Shown: positions 47,758-57,695 of the stretch, one piece after another
How the letters are laid out: each line of letters begins with the position of its first letter
How positions within the stretch are numbered: position 1 is the first letter of the stretch
From: Minisyncoccota bacterium
GTDB lineage: Bacteria > Patescibacteriota > Minisyncoccia > UBA6257 > UBA9933
Assembly (NCBI GenBank): GCA_041653755.1
Contig: JBAZEU010000003.1
Coordinates: 18,738-82,737, forward strand
DNA length: 64,000 nt
Reading direction: 5' to 3'
Program-made: the position numbers and the translations under genes
Notes under the pieces: model-generated
Database searches by the model: none
What the model was told of the DNA's origin: nothing
What the model saw: the letters and a program-made list of their open reading frames with translations, nothing else

Positions 47758-49803
47758 TTACTTTTCTTTGCCTAAGAATTTCTTCCAGCCTGGAAAATCT
47801 TTGTACGTTCTATCAGGGGCAGAAGGCAATTTGCAATCTTGCTTGTATCTTTTAACGTATTCTCTGGAGTTTAATGCTTTCAATTTTTTCGCAATCTCGC
47901 TAGCCTCTTGCCACGTCCGATAGAAGTCTGTTCCGAGAAAGATTTTCCAGCCTGGGAAATCTTTGTATTGCCTATTAGGTTGGCGACGAAGCCTACGATC
48001 TCGCTTATACTTTTGAAAATATTCTGATTGAGTTAATATTCCCAATTTTTTCGCAATCTCGCTAGCCTCTTGCCACGTACCATAAAGCCCTCTTTCTCCC
48101 CTTAGAAAAACTGCGAAGCCAGGGAAATCTTTGTACAAGTCTTCCGGATGATGACAAAGCATACGATCTTTCTTGTACTTCTTAAGATATTCTGATTTGC
48201 TTGAGATGCCTAATTTTCTCGTAGTTTCGCCTGCCTCTTGCCATGTTGCATAGAACACTCTTTTTGTTCCCAGAAAAGCTGCAAAGCCAGGGAAATCTTT
48301 ATATGTGTAAGGCCTGCCAGGAAGCTTACTGTCTTGTTTACGCTTTCTCGCATATTCCTCTAAACTAGATATCCCCAATTTTCTCGCAGCCTCGCCTGCT
48401 TCCTGCCATGTTGTATAGACTTCTTTTGTTCCGAGAAAAACTTTCCAGCCAGGAAAATCTTTATATATTTCATTGGGGCAAGCAGGTAATTTATAATCTT
48501 GTTTGTACTTTTTCCCCCATCTGTATTCTGTAACGCTAGATATTCCTAACTTTCTCGTAGCTTCGCCTGCCTCTTGCCAGGTCTTATAGAAAGGCTCATT
48601 AATTCTTTTGATCACATTGAGGATATCAACCTGATCATCGGAAAAAATGAAGTCAAAGGCTTTACCGCTGACGTGAAGAACCTCTTTGTCTAAAACAAAG
48701 TGGTTGCCAGCGAACTCTTTGACTCTCCCGGCCATTTCCTTGACCATAGCTAATCTTTCACAATTAGCCACAAAATCAAGAACAACGACTTTGGATTTAC
48801 CAAGAACCTTTCTTAATCCTCGGCCAAGTTGCTGGTAAAAGATAGTTCTGGAGTCAGTGCAACGTAGGAACACAATTACTTCGACATCAGGTATATCAAT
48901 GCCCTCGTTGAATTTATTCACAGCTAAAATATATTGCTGTGAATCTTCACGGAAGACACTGAGTCTTCTTCTGCTCTCTTTCTCCTGTATGCCTGAATGA
49001 TAAGTTAAGGCGTTAGGAAAAAAAGATTTGAAGGTTTCCACGTGTTCTATCCCTTCACAGAAGATAACTGCCTTTTTGTCTGTTCCTGCGTATTGCTGAA
49101 TCTGGCGGGCAATCTCATCGTCTCTTCGCTTAATAAAGATTGTTTCGTTAAGCTGTTTGATGTAGATACGTCTGCCCTTTCTCAAAATTCCCTTAAGAAT
49201 CTTCTTAAGTTTCCAGTGGCTTAACCGATCGTTGAGTATGTGATACTCAACCTGGGTCAGCCAACCCTTGGCAATTGCTTCTTCTAAAGAATAATTAACT
49301 ATCTCTTTGCCAAAAAATTCTCGGATATCTTTTAAATCCATTCTGTCAGGAGTAGCGGTGATTCCGAGAAGTTTTTTCGGCTTGAAATAGCAAATTACAT
49401 CTTTAAAAGTAGAAGCCTGACCGTGATGAGATTCATCAACAATGATAAAGCCGAACTCATCTTCAAAGAAAACATGTTTCCAGTTCCTATAGGTCTGAAA
49501 AGAAGCAAAGACAACGTTGGCTTGATCGGCATTAAAATCTTTACTTGAACCATAGAAAGGTTTAAGTATAACTTGTTCGCCCAAAACTTTTCTGAACTCA
49601 AGCATTGCCTGATCGAGAATCCCGTTGTTGTGACAAAGGAATAATCCTTTGTGACCATTATTTATTTCTTTCTGGGCCCAGAAAGCAGAAACGATAGTCT
49701 TGCCTAGTCCGGTAGCCATAACTACCAATGCGGTTGCTTTTTCTTTGAAAGCATTAACGATCAAATCAAGAGCCTTTTGCTGATAATCAAACAAATTCAT
49801 CAT
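47758..49803 (-). CDS. SF2 helicase (ResIII/XPB-like DEAH) with five C-terminal ~55-aa tandem repeats
   Basis: motif I ATGLGKT, II DESHH, III TATPDR, VI QQLGRGLR; C-terminal repeats TWQEAGEAxRKLGISSxxEYxxKYKxDxKLPxxPxxxYKDFPGWxxFLG x5 (47758-~48590). Confidence 0.75.
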   Translation of the reverse strand: MMNLFDYQQKALDLIVNAFKEKATALVVMATGLGKTIVSAFWAQKEINNGHKGLFLCHNNGILDQAMLEFRKVLGEQVILKPFYGSSKDFNADQANVVFASFQTYRNWKHVFFEDEFGFIIVDESHHGQASTFKDVICYFKPKKLLGITATPDRMDLKDIREFFGKEIVNYSLEEAIAKGWLTQVEYHILNDRLSHWKLKKILKGILRKGRRIYIKQLNETIFIKRRDDEIARQIQQYAGTDKKAVIFCEGIEHVETFKSFFPNALTYHSGIQEKESRRRLSVFREDSQQYILAVNKFNEGIDIPDVEVIVFLRCTDSRTIFYQQLGRGLRKVLGKSKVVVLDFVANCERLAMVKEMAGRVKEFAGNHFVLDKEVLHVSGKAFDFIFSDDQVDILNVIKRINEPFYKTWQEAGEATRKLGISSVTEYRWGKKYKQDYKLPACPNEIYKDFPGWKVFLGTKEVYTTWQEAGEAARKLGISSLEEYARKRKQDSKLPGRPYTYKDFPGFAAFLGTKRVFYATWQEAGETTRKLGISSKSEYLKKYKKDRMLCHHPEDLYKDFPGFAVFLRGERGLYGTWQEASEIAKKLGILTQSEYFQKYKRDRRLRRQPNRQYKDFPGWKIFLGTDFYRTWQEASEIAKKLKALNSREYVKRYKQDCKLPSAPDRTYKDFPGWKKFLGKEK

Positions 49804-50014
49804 TTTCCACCTCTCCTTTTGTCATTTTAAATTTTGAAAGTACTTCTTAAACTAAAAAAGCCTAATATTCTTGTAGGCTATTCCGTATACAATAACAGGA
49901 AATATTTATTGTGTCAATTTTAATCCAAAGCTTATTCTAATCACTTAGAAAAATTACTAATGGTCTTATTATAATGAGTACCAAAACGGGGCATACAGCA
50001 ATTAGGAATGGAAA

Positions 50015-50050
50015 ACAAAAGCCGCTTAGCAGATTTACTGCAAAAGCGGC
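50015..50050 (-). terminator. intrinsic terminator after P-loop kinase gene
   Basis: minus strand aagccgctt-N16-aagcggctt followed by TTTT. Confidence 0.5.
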
Positions 50051-50068
50051 TTAATGTCTATGGATTAC

Positions 50069-50629
50069 TCAAATCAAAGAAATAAGTTCCTTTTTCGGAT
50101 CGATCCTGATAACTTTATCGAAGCCGTCAGAATTAATCTGTGATGCATTCTCATGAAAGAATTCGTAATCATGAGATGGGGCATCCTTGGAAAAAAATAC
50201 AAACCCTTTTCCTTGCCGTGCTTTCATTTCTTCAGCCTTTGCGATTCCTGGCTTTTCCCAAAACCATATATTTACAGTCTTGAGCGAAGTCACGAAATAA
50301 AGGGCTACAATACGAGTAGCTCCGTACTGTCTCAATTTTTTTACAAGAGACCTTCGCTCCTCACTATAGCCAGTCCAGGTATCAAGAATTAATTTTAGCC
50401 CCGTTTGAGTTGATAATTTACGCCTCAGAAGGCGATACATAATCTCTTGGGCAAAATACTGTCCTCCAGTATACGGGCTCATATGAACCGAACCGAAAAG
50501 GCGTACAAGAATCTCATCGCGACTCACTGCAGATATTTCCGGTTGTCTTTCGATAACCTGCTTAGCATAATGACTTTTGCCTGATCCTCGTTGACCAACC
50601 AACAGATAAACAGTATTATTTCTCCCCAT
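50069..50629 (-). CDS. P-loop NTPase / small kinase (AAA_33 / zeta-toxin / polynucleotide-kinase-like)
   Basis: Walker A LVGQRGSGKS at N-terminus; 186 aa; Walker B-like hydrophobic stretch LILDTW. Confidence 0.5.
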   Translation of the reverse strand: MGRNNTVYLLVGQRGSGKSHYAKQVIERQPEISAVSRDEILVRLFGSVHMSPYTGGQYFAQEIMYRLLRRKLSTQTGLKLILDTWTGYSEERRSLVKKLRQYGATRIVALYFVTSLKTVNIWFWEKPGIAKAEEMKARQGKGFVFFSKDAPSHDYEFFHENASQINSDGFDKVIRIDPKKELISLI

Positions 50630-50778
50630 GTGGTATCCTCCTTTCTCTGTATGGATTAACTGATTTTAGATGAACTATTTATATTATAACTATTATTAAA
50701 GAATTAGGCAAATTTTATTCCTCCTCACATAAAATTTGTTTTAAGCCAAAAATAATCTTACTAGAAACAACCAGTTAT

Positions 50779-51666
50779 TTATTCCTGATCGTAATATTTG
50801 AGAAGCGCTTTGATACCTGCTAAATTTTTATCCCACTCGATAGCTTCATGAGTTTTAAGTTCTACTGTAATCGCTGGAATGTTAATTGAAGCTAACCACC
50901 CTTCAGCGTCTCCAGTAACATCATACTGATCAAATGTTTTAACTGCCGTGTATCCTGACGCTTGAGCATAAGCATTCATAATATCAAGTGTCTTGGTGAG
51001 AATCCCGTCTTCACATTTTGATGCATAGACAGCATTTGCTTGGCTGTGCCAAAAAATAACGGCACTTGGAGTATTTTTCAAAATAAAATCTCGAATGGCT
51101 ACTGTTTCTGGCTCAGAAAATACTTTTGATCCAGCACTTACTATAGTATCCCGCCAGGTACTTTTTGATTTCCAATTACAATCAAAATTACGATTAAGAT
51201 CAACGTTATCTGCATTGAGACGCCCTGTTCCATCAGTTTGATTTTTTGTCTGTACATCTGAAATTGTAAAACGACCCCCCTTTCCGATTACCTTGTAAAC
51301 TCCATCTGGATTAGCGGACGGAATCACCGTAATAATTAAATTTTCCGGAATGACGTCCGGAGTTTTTTCCAAATAATCCATAACTTGATACGCCAAAAGA
51401 ACACTATTCCACTCATAGCCGCCATGGATACCGCCAATAAAAATCAAACGGGTATCCCCTTTTCCATATGTATAAGCATCAATATCACGACCTTCTACGG
51501 ATTTACCGATAATCGTATGTTGAGATTGAAAATTATTTGATTCCGGAAGCGCCACCGGTGTTAACTCATGCGCTTTTTTATAACCCACAAACACAAATAC
51601 ACCAGTAACAATTACGGCAAAAATAAGAAGAATTATTACATTACGCCTCGTAAAGAGAACCCTCAT
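50779..51666 (-). CDS. M14-family zinc carboxypeptidase (gamma-D-Glu-DAP peptidase/MpaA-like), membrane anchored
   Basis: IGGIHGGYEWN (HxxE zinc ligands), NPDG, DLNRNF substrate-binding motif; N-terminal TM. Confidence 0.7.
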   Translation of the reverse strand: MRVLFTRRNVIILLIFAVIVTGVFVFVGYKKAHELTPVALPESNNFQSQHTIIGKSVEGRDIDAYTYGKGDTRLIFIGGIHGGYEWNSVLLAYQVMDYLEKTPDVIPENLIITVIPSANPDGVYKVIGKGGRFTISDVQTKNQTDGTGRLNADNVDLNRNFDCNWKSKSTWRDTIVSAGSKVFSEPETVAIRDFILKNTPSAVIFWHSQANAVYASKCEDGILTKTLDIMNAYAQASGYTAVKTFDQYDVTGDAEGWLASINIPAITVELKTHEAIEWDKNLAGIKALLKYYDQE

Positions 51667-52565
51667 TATTTAGCGTAGTGCTTTAGTAACGCATTAATAC
51701 CTAATAAATTTTTGCTCCATTCAGTATCTTCGTGATTAGAAAGAAGCACGCTAATTGCGGGAATGCTTTTCTTAGCAAGCCAATTTACCATATCGCCCGT
51801 TGTCTCATAAAAGTCAAAGCTGTCATATGCTTTATAACCAGAAGCAATTGCATATGTATTAGTAAGCGTACGGGTTTCAGCTAAAATCCCGTTATGACAG
51901 TTTGAAGCGAACACACCGCCAGCAGCACTATACCATACAACAACCGCGGCAGGTTTGTTAATTTCTATATAACTTTTAATTGCCTGACTTTCTTTTTCAG
52001 AAAATACCTTACTTCCGCCACTCACTGTTGTATTTTGCCAGACACCTTTAGATTGCCAATCACAGTCAAAGTTACGATTGAGGTCTACGTCGTTAGCGTT
52101 AAAACGACCTGCTGTTAAAATACTTTTTGAAGTTGATACATCCGCTTGCACAAAACGTCCAGTAGCACCAATAACTTTATAAAGACCATCAGGATTCAAT
52201 ACTGGAATAACAGTGACTTTTACATTCTTGGGAATAACGTTGGGATTTGCTTCCAAATAATCCATAAGATTATAAGCAACAAGCACTGTGTTCCATTCAT
52301 AACCGCCATGAATACCGCCAACAAACAAAAGTTCTGTATTGCCAGTACCATAATTATATGCAGTAATGTCACGATTTTCAGTAGATGTCCCAATAACTGT
52401 TTTATTCGTATCTGCTAAATTCTGATTTTGCGTCTCAACAGTACTGGTTGTCGTACCCTGGTTCTCTGTCACGGGTACGGTATTAAGCGAACGATGGGTG
52501 AAAAAATACACGCCAGCGATAATAATAGCTATAATAATAATTGCGCTAATAATGATTTTCTTCAT
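51666..52565 (-). CDS. M14-family zinc carboxypeptidase, tandem paralog
   Basis: VGGIHGGYEWN, NPDG, DLNRNF; ~45% identical to downstream paralog. Confidence 0.7.
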   Translation of the reverse strand: MKKIIISAIIIIAIIIAGVYFFTHRSLNTVPVTENQGTTTSTVETQNQNLADTNKTVIGTSTENRDITAYNYGTGNTELLFVGGIHGGYEWNTVLVAYNLMDYLEANPNVIPKNVKVTVIPVLNPDGLYKVIGATGRFVQADVSTSKSILTAGRFNANDVDLNRNFDCDWQSKGVWQNTTVSGGSKVFSEKESQAIKSYIEINKPAAVVVWYSAAGGVFASNCHNGILAETRTLTNTYAIASGYKAYDSFDFYETTGDMVNWLAKKSIPAISVLLSNHEDTEWSKNLLGINALLKHYAK

Positions 52566-52667
52566 AGTAATATTATTTTAGCATAAATATATTTATACAA
52601 CTACCCCCTGACCGAGACAAGTTAATTTGATATAATACAACCAACTGAAAATTTAGTGTTATAAAAT

Positions 52668-53570
52668 ATGAATAAAAAAATTTTGTTGATAATTTTGATA
52701 GTTTTATTGATAATCATTTCTGGTTTCGGAGCATGGTATTTCATAAATAAAGAAAAGATAGTTCAACCCCTCAAACCAATAGCGCAAGCTAATTATCTTT
52801 GTAACGGGGGTAAAACAATAGATGCGACTTTTTACAAAGAGGAACAAAAACCGGTACAACCGGGACAACCACCAATTCCTTCTGGAAGCGTAATAGTCGT
52901 TTTGAGTGATGGACGAACTTATAATTTACTTCAGACCATTTCCGCAGACGGATCACGATACGCTAACAGTAATGAGTCATTTGTTTTTTGGAGCAAAGGG
53001 AACGGCGCACTTGTTTTAGAGAATAATGTTGAAAAAAGTTATACAGGATGTATGGTGTTATCCCCTGACCCGGGAGGATTACCGCAAACTTATTCTAACG
53101 GAACTGTCGGTTTTTCTATTCGTTATCCGGCAAATTATTCAATAAATGCTTCTTATGTATATCAAGAATTAGGCCCGGGTAAAAATATTAGCGGAATAAA
53201 GTTCACTATTCCTTCCAGTACTGCTTTAGGGACTAATTTATCAAGTTTTGATACCGGCGTTTCAATAGAATTTATCCCTGCGACTCAAGATTGCAATGCA
53301 AACCTTTTTTTGTTTGGTAATAATAACGCTCAGAACATAACTGACAACGGCAGAGATTATTCTTTTGCTTCAACCACCGGAGCCGGTGCCGGAAACCGTT
53401 ACGAAGAAGACGTTTGGGCAATTCCATACACCAACCCATGTATTGCTGTCCGTTATCTTGTTCATTCGACCGTTCTTGAAAATTATCCGACCGGAACTGT
53501 AAAAATTTTTGACAGGCAAGCATTACTTTCTCAATTCGATGATATTCGCCAAACGCTTGTAACACAATAA
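52668..53570 (+). CDS. membrane-anchored protein with MliC/PliC-like lysozyme-inhibitor domain plus unknown C-terminal domain
   Basis: YLCNGGKTIDATFYK...VVLSDGRTYNLLQTISADGSRYANSNESFVFWSKGNGALVLENN closely follows MliC family pattern (C..G....Y...VTL.DG....L.QA.SASGARY....EFWSKG.EALL). Confidence 0.6.
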   Translation: MNKKILLIILIVLLIIISGFGAWYFINKEKIVQPLKPIAQANYLCNGGKTIDATFYKEEQKPVQPGQPPIPSGSVIVVLSDGRTYNLLQTISADGSRYANSNESFVFWSKGNGALVLENNVEKSYTGCMVLSPDPGGLPQTYSNGTVGFSIRYPANYSINASYVYQELGPGKNISGIKFTIPSSTALGTNLSSFDTGVSIEFIPATQDCNANLFLFGNNNAQNITDNGRDYSFASTTGAGAGNRYEEDVWAIPYTNPCIAVRYLVHSTVLENYPTGTVKIFDRQALLSQFDDIRQTLVTQ

Positions 53571-54085
53571 TGTCAAAACAAATTAATACAATTTCTGTTT
53601 CCCCTGAAAGGAAATTAATTTGGAACAACAAAGAATACAAATGTTCCTTGGGAGAAAACGGTGTTTCAGAAAACAAAAAAGAAGGAGATAAGACTACTCC
53701 TGTTGGTTGTTTTTCTTTAAGAGAAGTATATTTTAGATCTGACCGTATCGAAAAACCAATGACAGAACTTCCGACAAAAGCTTTAACTCCGAACGATGGT
53801 TGGTGCGACAATCCAAATGATCAAAACTATAATAGGTTTATTAAGCTCCCCTATTCTGCCAATGCAGAATCATTATGGCGTGAAGATAACCTATACGATG
53901 TTATCGTTGTGATTGGCTATAATGATGACCCAATTTTTCCAAACAAAGGCAGCGCTATCTTCATACATATAGCTCGAGAAGAGTACAAACCTACTGCTGG
54001 TTGTATTGGCCTTGCTTTGCCAGATTTATTAGAAATCCTCGCTACGATCGAAAAAAACACAATAATTTGTATTAACAAATCATAA
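53570..54085 (+). CDS. L,D-transpeptidase-fold protein (YkuD/Tlde1-like catalytic motif), cytoplasmic
   Basis: GSAIFIHIAREEYKPTAGCIGLALPDL resembles His...Gly-Cys-Ile catalytic dyad region of L,D-transpeptidases; no signal peptide. Confidence 0.45.
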   Translation: MSKQINTISVSPERKLIWNNKEYKCSLGENGVSENKKEGDKTTPVGCFSLREVYFRSDRIEKPMTELPTKALTPNDGWCDNPNDQNYNRFIKLPYSANAESLWREDNLYDVIVVIGYNDDPIFPNKGSAIFIHIAREEYKPTAGCIGLALPDLLEILATIEKNTIICINKS

Positions 54086-54102
54086 TTGCTAGCATCAGCT
54101 AT

Positions 54103-54360
54103 ATGGAAAACTTCGAAAAACAACCAGAAAAAATAGAAGACATTGAAGCAGAGATTAAAAAACTTCATGAAAAAGCAGAAGGTCTTCTCTTAGAAATTCC
54201 TGAAGAAAAGATGTCCGATAAGGTATACGACGCATGGTGGGCAGCTGATTCAGCCGTAGACGCTGGAATAAATCCAGAAGAAATAAAAGGACTGTTATTA
54301 AATGCGATAAAACTTTTTGAAAGGGAAATCGAAGCAGAAAAAGCTGAAACTAAAGAATAA
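54103..54360 (+). CDS. hypothetical small acidic protein (85 aa)
   Basis: highly acidic helical ORF; followed by terminator. Confidence 0.4.
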   Translation: MENFEKQPEKIEDIEAEIKKLHEKAEGLLLEIPEEKMSDKVYDAWWAADSAVDAGINPEEIKGLLLNAIKLFEREIEAEKAETKE

Positions 54361-54373
54361 ATATATCAAAACA

Positions 54374-54410
54374 AAAACCACTCCGATAAATACCGAAGTG
54401 GTTTTTATAT
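54374..54410. terminator. bidirectional intrinsic terminator
   Basis: aaaaccact-ccgataaataccga-agtggttttt. Confidence 0.6.
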
Positions 54411-54424
54411 TCGATATATCTCTG

Positions 54425-55336
54425 CTATATCTTCAAATATTTTCTGACCGCAATGACACTAGAGGTAACTCCCACTACTATGCCGAACAAAATTTGTTGG
54501 AGTAAGATGAGGAAAAAATGAGAATCAAAATATTGTTTTAAATTCATTTCAGGGACAAAAACTTTCACATACGGACTGCCAAAATAAACTATCGGGAAAA
54601 GTATAATCATTGATAAAATCGCCGAAATCAAACCATAAGTGATGCCTTCCACAATATAAGGACCTGATGTAAAAAAATTAGAAGCGCCTACCAACCGCAT
54701 AATTCCTATCTCATCTCTGGAAGAATGGATAGCCAAGCCGATAGCCGCAAGAGTTACAAGTACCGCTATTAATGTCAGGAAAATCGTCACCAGTAGACCG
54801 AACAATCTTGTCGTATCGATAATCTTTATTAACCGGTCTATCATCTGCGAATTTCGTTCGTCGTAAGAAACTTTTTCAACGCTGTTTTTAAATTCGTCTC
54901 CTCCTAAAAACGAAGCTATCATCTGATACTGTTTTGGGTCTTGCGCCTTGATACTTATTGAGGCCAAAAGCGGATTTTCTCCTGCCTGATCAATAGCCTG
55001 CGTAATTGTTTCATCTCCTTGATGCTGTTCTTTAAAAATTTCCAGCGCTTTATCACGCGAAATATATTCAGTGTTTTTTACTTCAGGCATCGCTTTAAGT
55101 GTGCTTTGAATTTTCAAGATTTCATCTTCCGGCGTAGTACTTTTAAAAAATACGCTGATGTCAATTTTATCCTGAATCGAAGTAAGGGTGGTTCTTGATA
55201 TAACGTTAAAAAGATTAATGCCACCAAAAACAATCAAAGCCAAAAACATAATGGCGATAGTAGCGGTTGAAAGAGAAGCGTTCCTCCAAAATCTCTGTAA
55301 ACCAAATTTTATAATTCTTGAAAGATTAGTAAGCAT
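54425..55336 (-). CDS. ftsX: cell division ABC transporter permease FtsX
   Basis: 4-TM FtsX topology with periplasmic loop; downstream of ftsE. Confidence 0.85.
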   Translation of the reverse strand: MLTNLSRIIKFGLQRFWRNASLSTATIAIMFLALIVFGGINLFNVISRTTLTSIQDKIDISVFFKSTTPEDEILKIQSTLKAMPEVKNTEYISRDKALEIFKEQHQGDETITQAIDQAGENPLLASISIKAQDPKQYQMIASFLGGDEFKNSVEKVSYDERNSQMIDRLIKIIDTTRLFGLLVTIFLTLIAVLVTLAAIGLAIHSSRDEIGIMRLVGASNFFTSGPYIVEGITYGLISAILSMIILFPIVYFGSPYVKVFVPEMNLKQYFDSHFFLILLQQILFGIVVGVTSSVIAVRKYLKI

Positions 55337-55367
55337 ACTTCTTATATCATAAATCTTAAATCATAAA

Positions 55368-56066
55368 TCATATTAATATGTATTTTCCTTTTTCTTCGTC
55401 CCGAACAATTTTTCCGCTTTCCAATAGAATAACTCTCCTTTCTAAATTATTAATAATATCTTTATTGTGAGTGGCAAGAATTACCGTAGTCCCCATTTCA
55501 TTAATAGTTAAAAGCAGTTTGATAATATCGGCGGAATTAATCGGATCCAAATTGCCAGTCGGCTCATCGGCCACTAAAACATCAGGATTGTGAATTAAAG
55601 CTCTAGCAATTGCCACTCTTTGTTGTTCCCCTCCGGAAAGCTCTTTCGGAAAATTGCTTACTTTTTCTTTCAACCCTACCAGTTCCAAAATTTTCGGGAC
55701 AAAATCCTTGATTTCTTTGTCTGGCCGGCCAGCCACCTCCAAAGCAAACGCAACATTTTCATAAGCAGTTTTATTGGTCAACAATTTGAAATCCTGGAAA
55801 ACTACTCCGATATGCCGACGCAAACTCGGCAGCTCTTTAGGCTGTAATTTATTCACATCATAAGAGCCAAAAATTATACGGCCCTTATCCGGTCCTTCTT
55901 CGCCGACTAATAATTTAATAAGCGTTGATTTTCCTGCCCCTGATTTGCCCACCAAAGAAACAAATTCTTTAGGATTTACCTTAAAAGATACATCATCTAA
56001 GGCAATTGTTTCTGTCCCCTTGCCATTACCGTTATAAAACTTTGTGACGTTTTGAAAAGCAATCAT
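55368..56066 (-). CDS. ftsE: cell division ATP-binding protein FtsE
   Basis: Walker A GKSGAGKSTL, signature LSGGEQQRVAIARAL, Walker B VLVADEPTGNLD; start chosen at MIAFQNV abutting prfB stop. Confidence 0.85.
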   Translation of the reverse strand: MIAFQNVTKFYNGNGKGTETIALDDVSFKVNPKEFVSLVGKSGAGKSTLIKLLVGEEGPDKGRIIFGSYDVNKLQPKELPSLRRHIGVVFQDFKLLTNKTAYENVAFALEVAGRPDKEIKDFVPKILELVGLKEKVSNFPKELSGGEQQRVAIARALIHNPDVLVADEPTGNLDPINSADIIKLLLTINEMGTTVILATHNKDIINNLERRVILLESGKIVRDEEKGKYILI

Positions 56067-56067
56067 A

Positions 56068-57103
56068 TTACTGTCTAAGTATATCACTTTCAATGAAGAT
56101 TTCAATCTCGCCTTCTAAAACTTTTTCCGCTTGGGTTGTTTCCACGCCAGTTCTTGTGTCTTTTACCAATTTATACGGGTTTAAAACATAAGAACGAATC
56201 TGATTCCCCCACTCTGGTTTAACTTTTGTCCGCAGTTTCGATAATTCCTGCTCTTGCTGGCCTTCCATTAATTTAATCAACTTAGCTTTCAGAATTTTTA
56301 AAGCTCTCTCTCTATTTTGCGCCTGTGATCTTTCAACTTGGCATGCGACAGAAATATTTGTCGGAAGATGAATAACCCTTACGCTGGTCTCAACTTTATT
56401 TACGTTTTGGCCGCCAGGACCGGAAGACCTGAAAAATTCAAATTTTAAATCCTCTTCCGGAATTTTGAATTCTTTTTCATCAATTTCCGGCAGTTCCGGC
56501 AAAACTTCTACTAACGCAAAAGAAGTGTGCCGTTTTTGCTCTGGTGAAAAAGGAGAAATCCTGACCAAGCGATGAACTCCGGCTTCTTTTTTTAAATAGC
56601 CATAAGCATAATCGCCTTCTATCTCTACGGTAACATCGCCCGAACCCTCATCAATTGTTTTTACTTTCCAGCCCTGTTTCTGACTGTATTTAGAATACAT
56701 TTCACAAAGCATCCTAGCCCAATCCTCCGCATCTTTACCGCCAGCGCCGGCAAAGACAGATAAAATCGCCGACTGCTTGTCGTATTTTCCAGTAAAAAGA
56801 GTTTTGAGTTCTAATTTAGTGATTACCCGTTTTACCTCGTAAAATTTATCTTCATTGAAATCAACTTCCAACTCAACCAAAGATTTCTGGATTTTTTCAA
56901 ACTGCTCAACCAATTCTTTTATTTCTCCGAATTCTTTCAATTTTTCTTCGGCTCTCTGGCGTTCCTTCCAAATATCCGGATCGCTTATCTCGAATTCAAG
57001 TTCTTTTAAACGGATTTTTTTAGCGGCGATGTCAAAGCCGCCCGCCTAAGCGGCGGGTTTGCTCTTGCAGTTCTTGAAATTGTTGTAATAAAGTCTCGTT
57101 CAT
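56068..57103 (-). CDS. prfB: peptide chain release factor 2 with programmed +1 ribosomal frameshift
   Basis: ORF0 MNETLLQQFQELQEQTRRLGGRL ends at CTT TGA C (plus-strand 57031-57037) preceded by SD-like GGCGGGCGG; +1 frame continues LDIAAKKIRLKE...; SPF and GGQ motifs. Confidence 0.9.
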
Positions 57104-57218
57104 AATGTACTTTTATATTTTACCACAAACTCTTGACACCATCAAAGAATCTTTGCTATGATTTATTTTTTATAGTAACTGAACCTTACAAAATTAAAAA
57201 CGAAAGGAGGTGAAAACC

Positions 57219-57362
57219 ATGATACACGGCTGTAGAGGTCACACGGCAACGCAGATCAGCGGAAGAAGAAGCCACGCCAGCGGCACGAAAACGAAAGCAG
57301 TACACGGCGCAGCCCACCTGCGGATACAGGGCTCAAGCGTCCATTGTTGTCTAACGCTCTGA
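57219..57362 (+). CDS. putative 47-aa Cys/His/Gly-rich small ORF (MIHGCRGHTATQISGRRSHASGTKTKAVHGAAHLRIQGSSVHCCLTL) at the 5' end of a GC-rich noncoding unit
   Basis: perfect SD AAAGGAGGTGA 5 nt before ATG; not in ORF track (<60 aa); coding status uncertain, may be leader peptide or fortuitous ORF inside a structured RNA. Confidence 0.3.
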   Translation: MIHGCRGHTATQISGRRSHASGTKTKAVHGAAHLRIQGSSVHCCLTL

Positions 57363-57652
57363 CGACGGAACCGGCCAAAAGGCCTTGGAGGAAGCGGAAT
57401 GCCATTTTTGACTTACCGCTGTAGAGATCCTTAAATCCCTTATAGAAAAATTTTTCAGGGAGTCGTCTATAAGGGTAATAACGTTTCCGATGGATTTCTA
57501 TCCATCCCTAGCCTGCTCCGTGTTCAGCATTCGCTAACACAGAGCAGGCCCCACATCATTATTCATTCATACCTTTCACCTTTCCGCCGTTCCGCTGAGA
57601 ACTCAGAATTTATTTACTGGAGGTACAAATCCTCCTCTGGCGGAACCAAACC

Positions 57653-57695
57653 ACGAGCGTGTGTTGTCTCAGACAATTACACGCTCGTTTTTTTA
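57653..57695 (+). terminator. strong intrinsic terminator ending the 57.2-57.7 kb GC-rich unit
   Basis: acgagcgtgt-N16-acacgctcgt followed by TTTTTTTATTT. Confidence 0.75.

Noticed and set aside
56855-57049. 64-aa plus-strand ORF overlapping the prfB 5' region
   Set aside because: Antisense to the prfB frame-0 leader and frameshift site, which are strongly supported.
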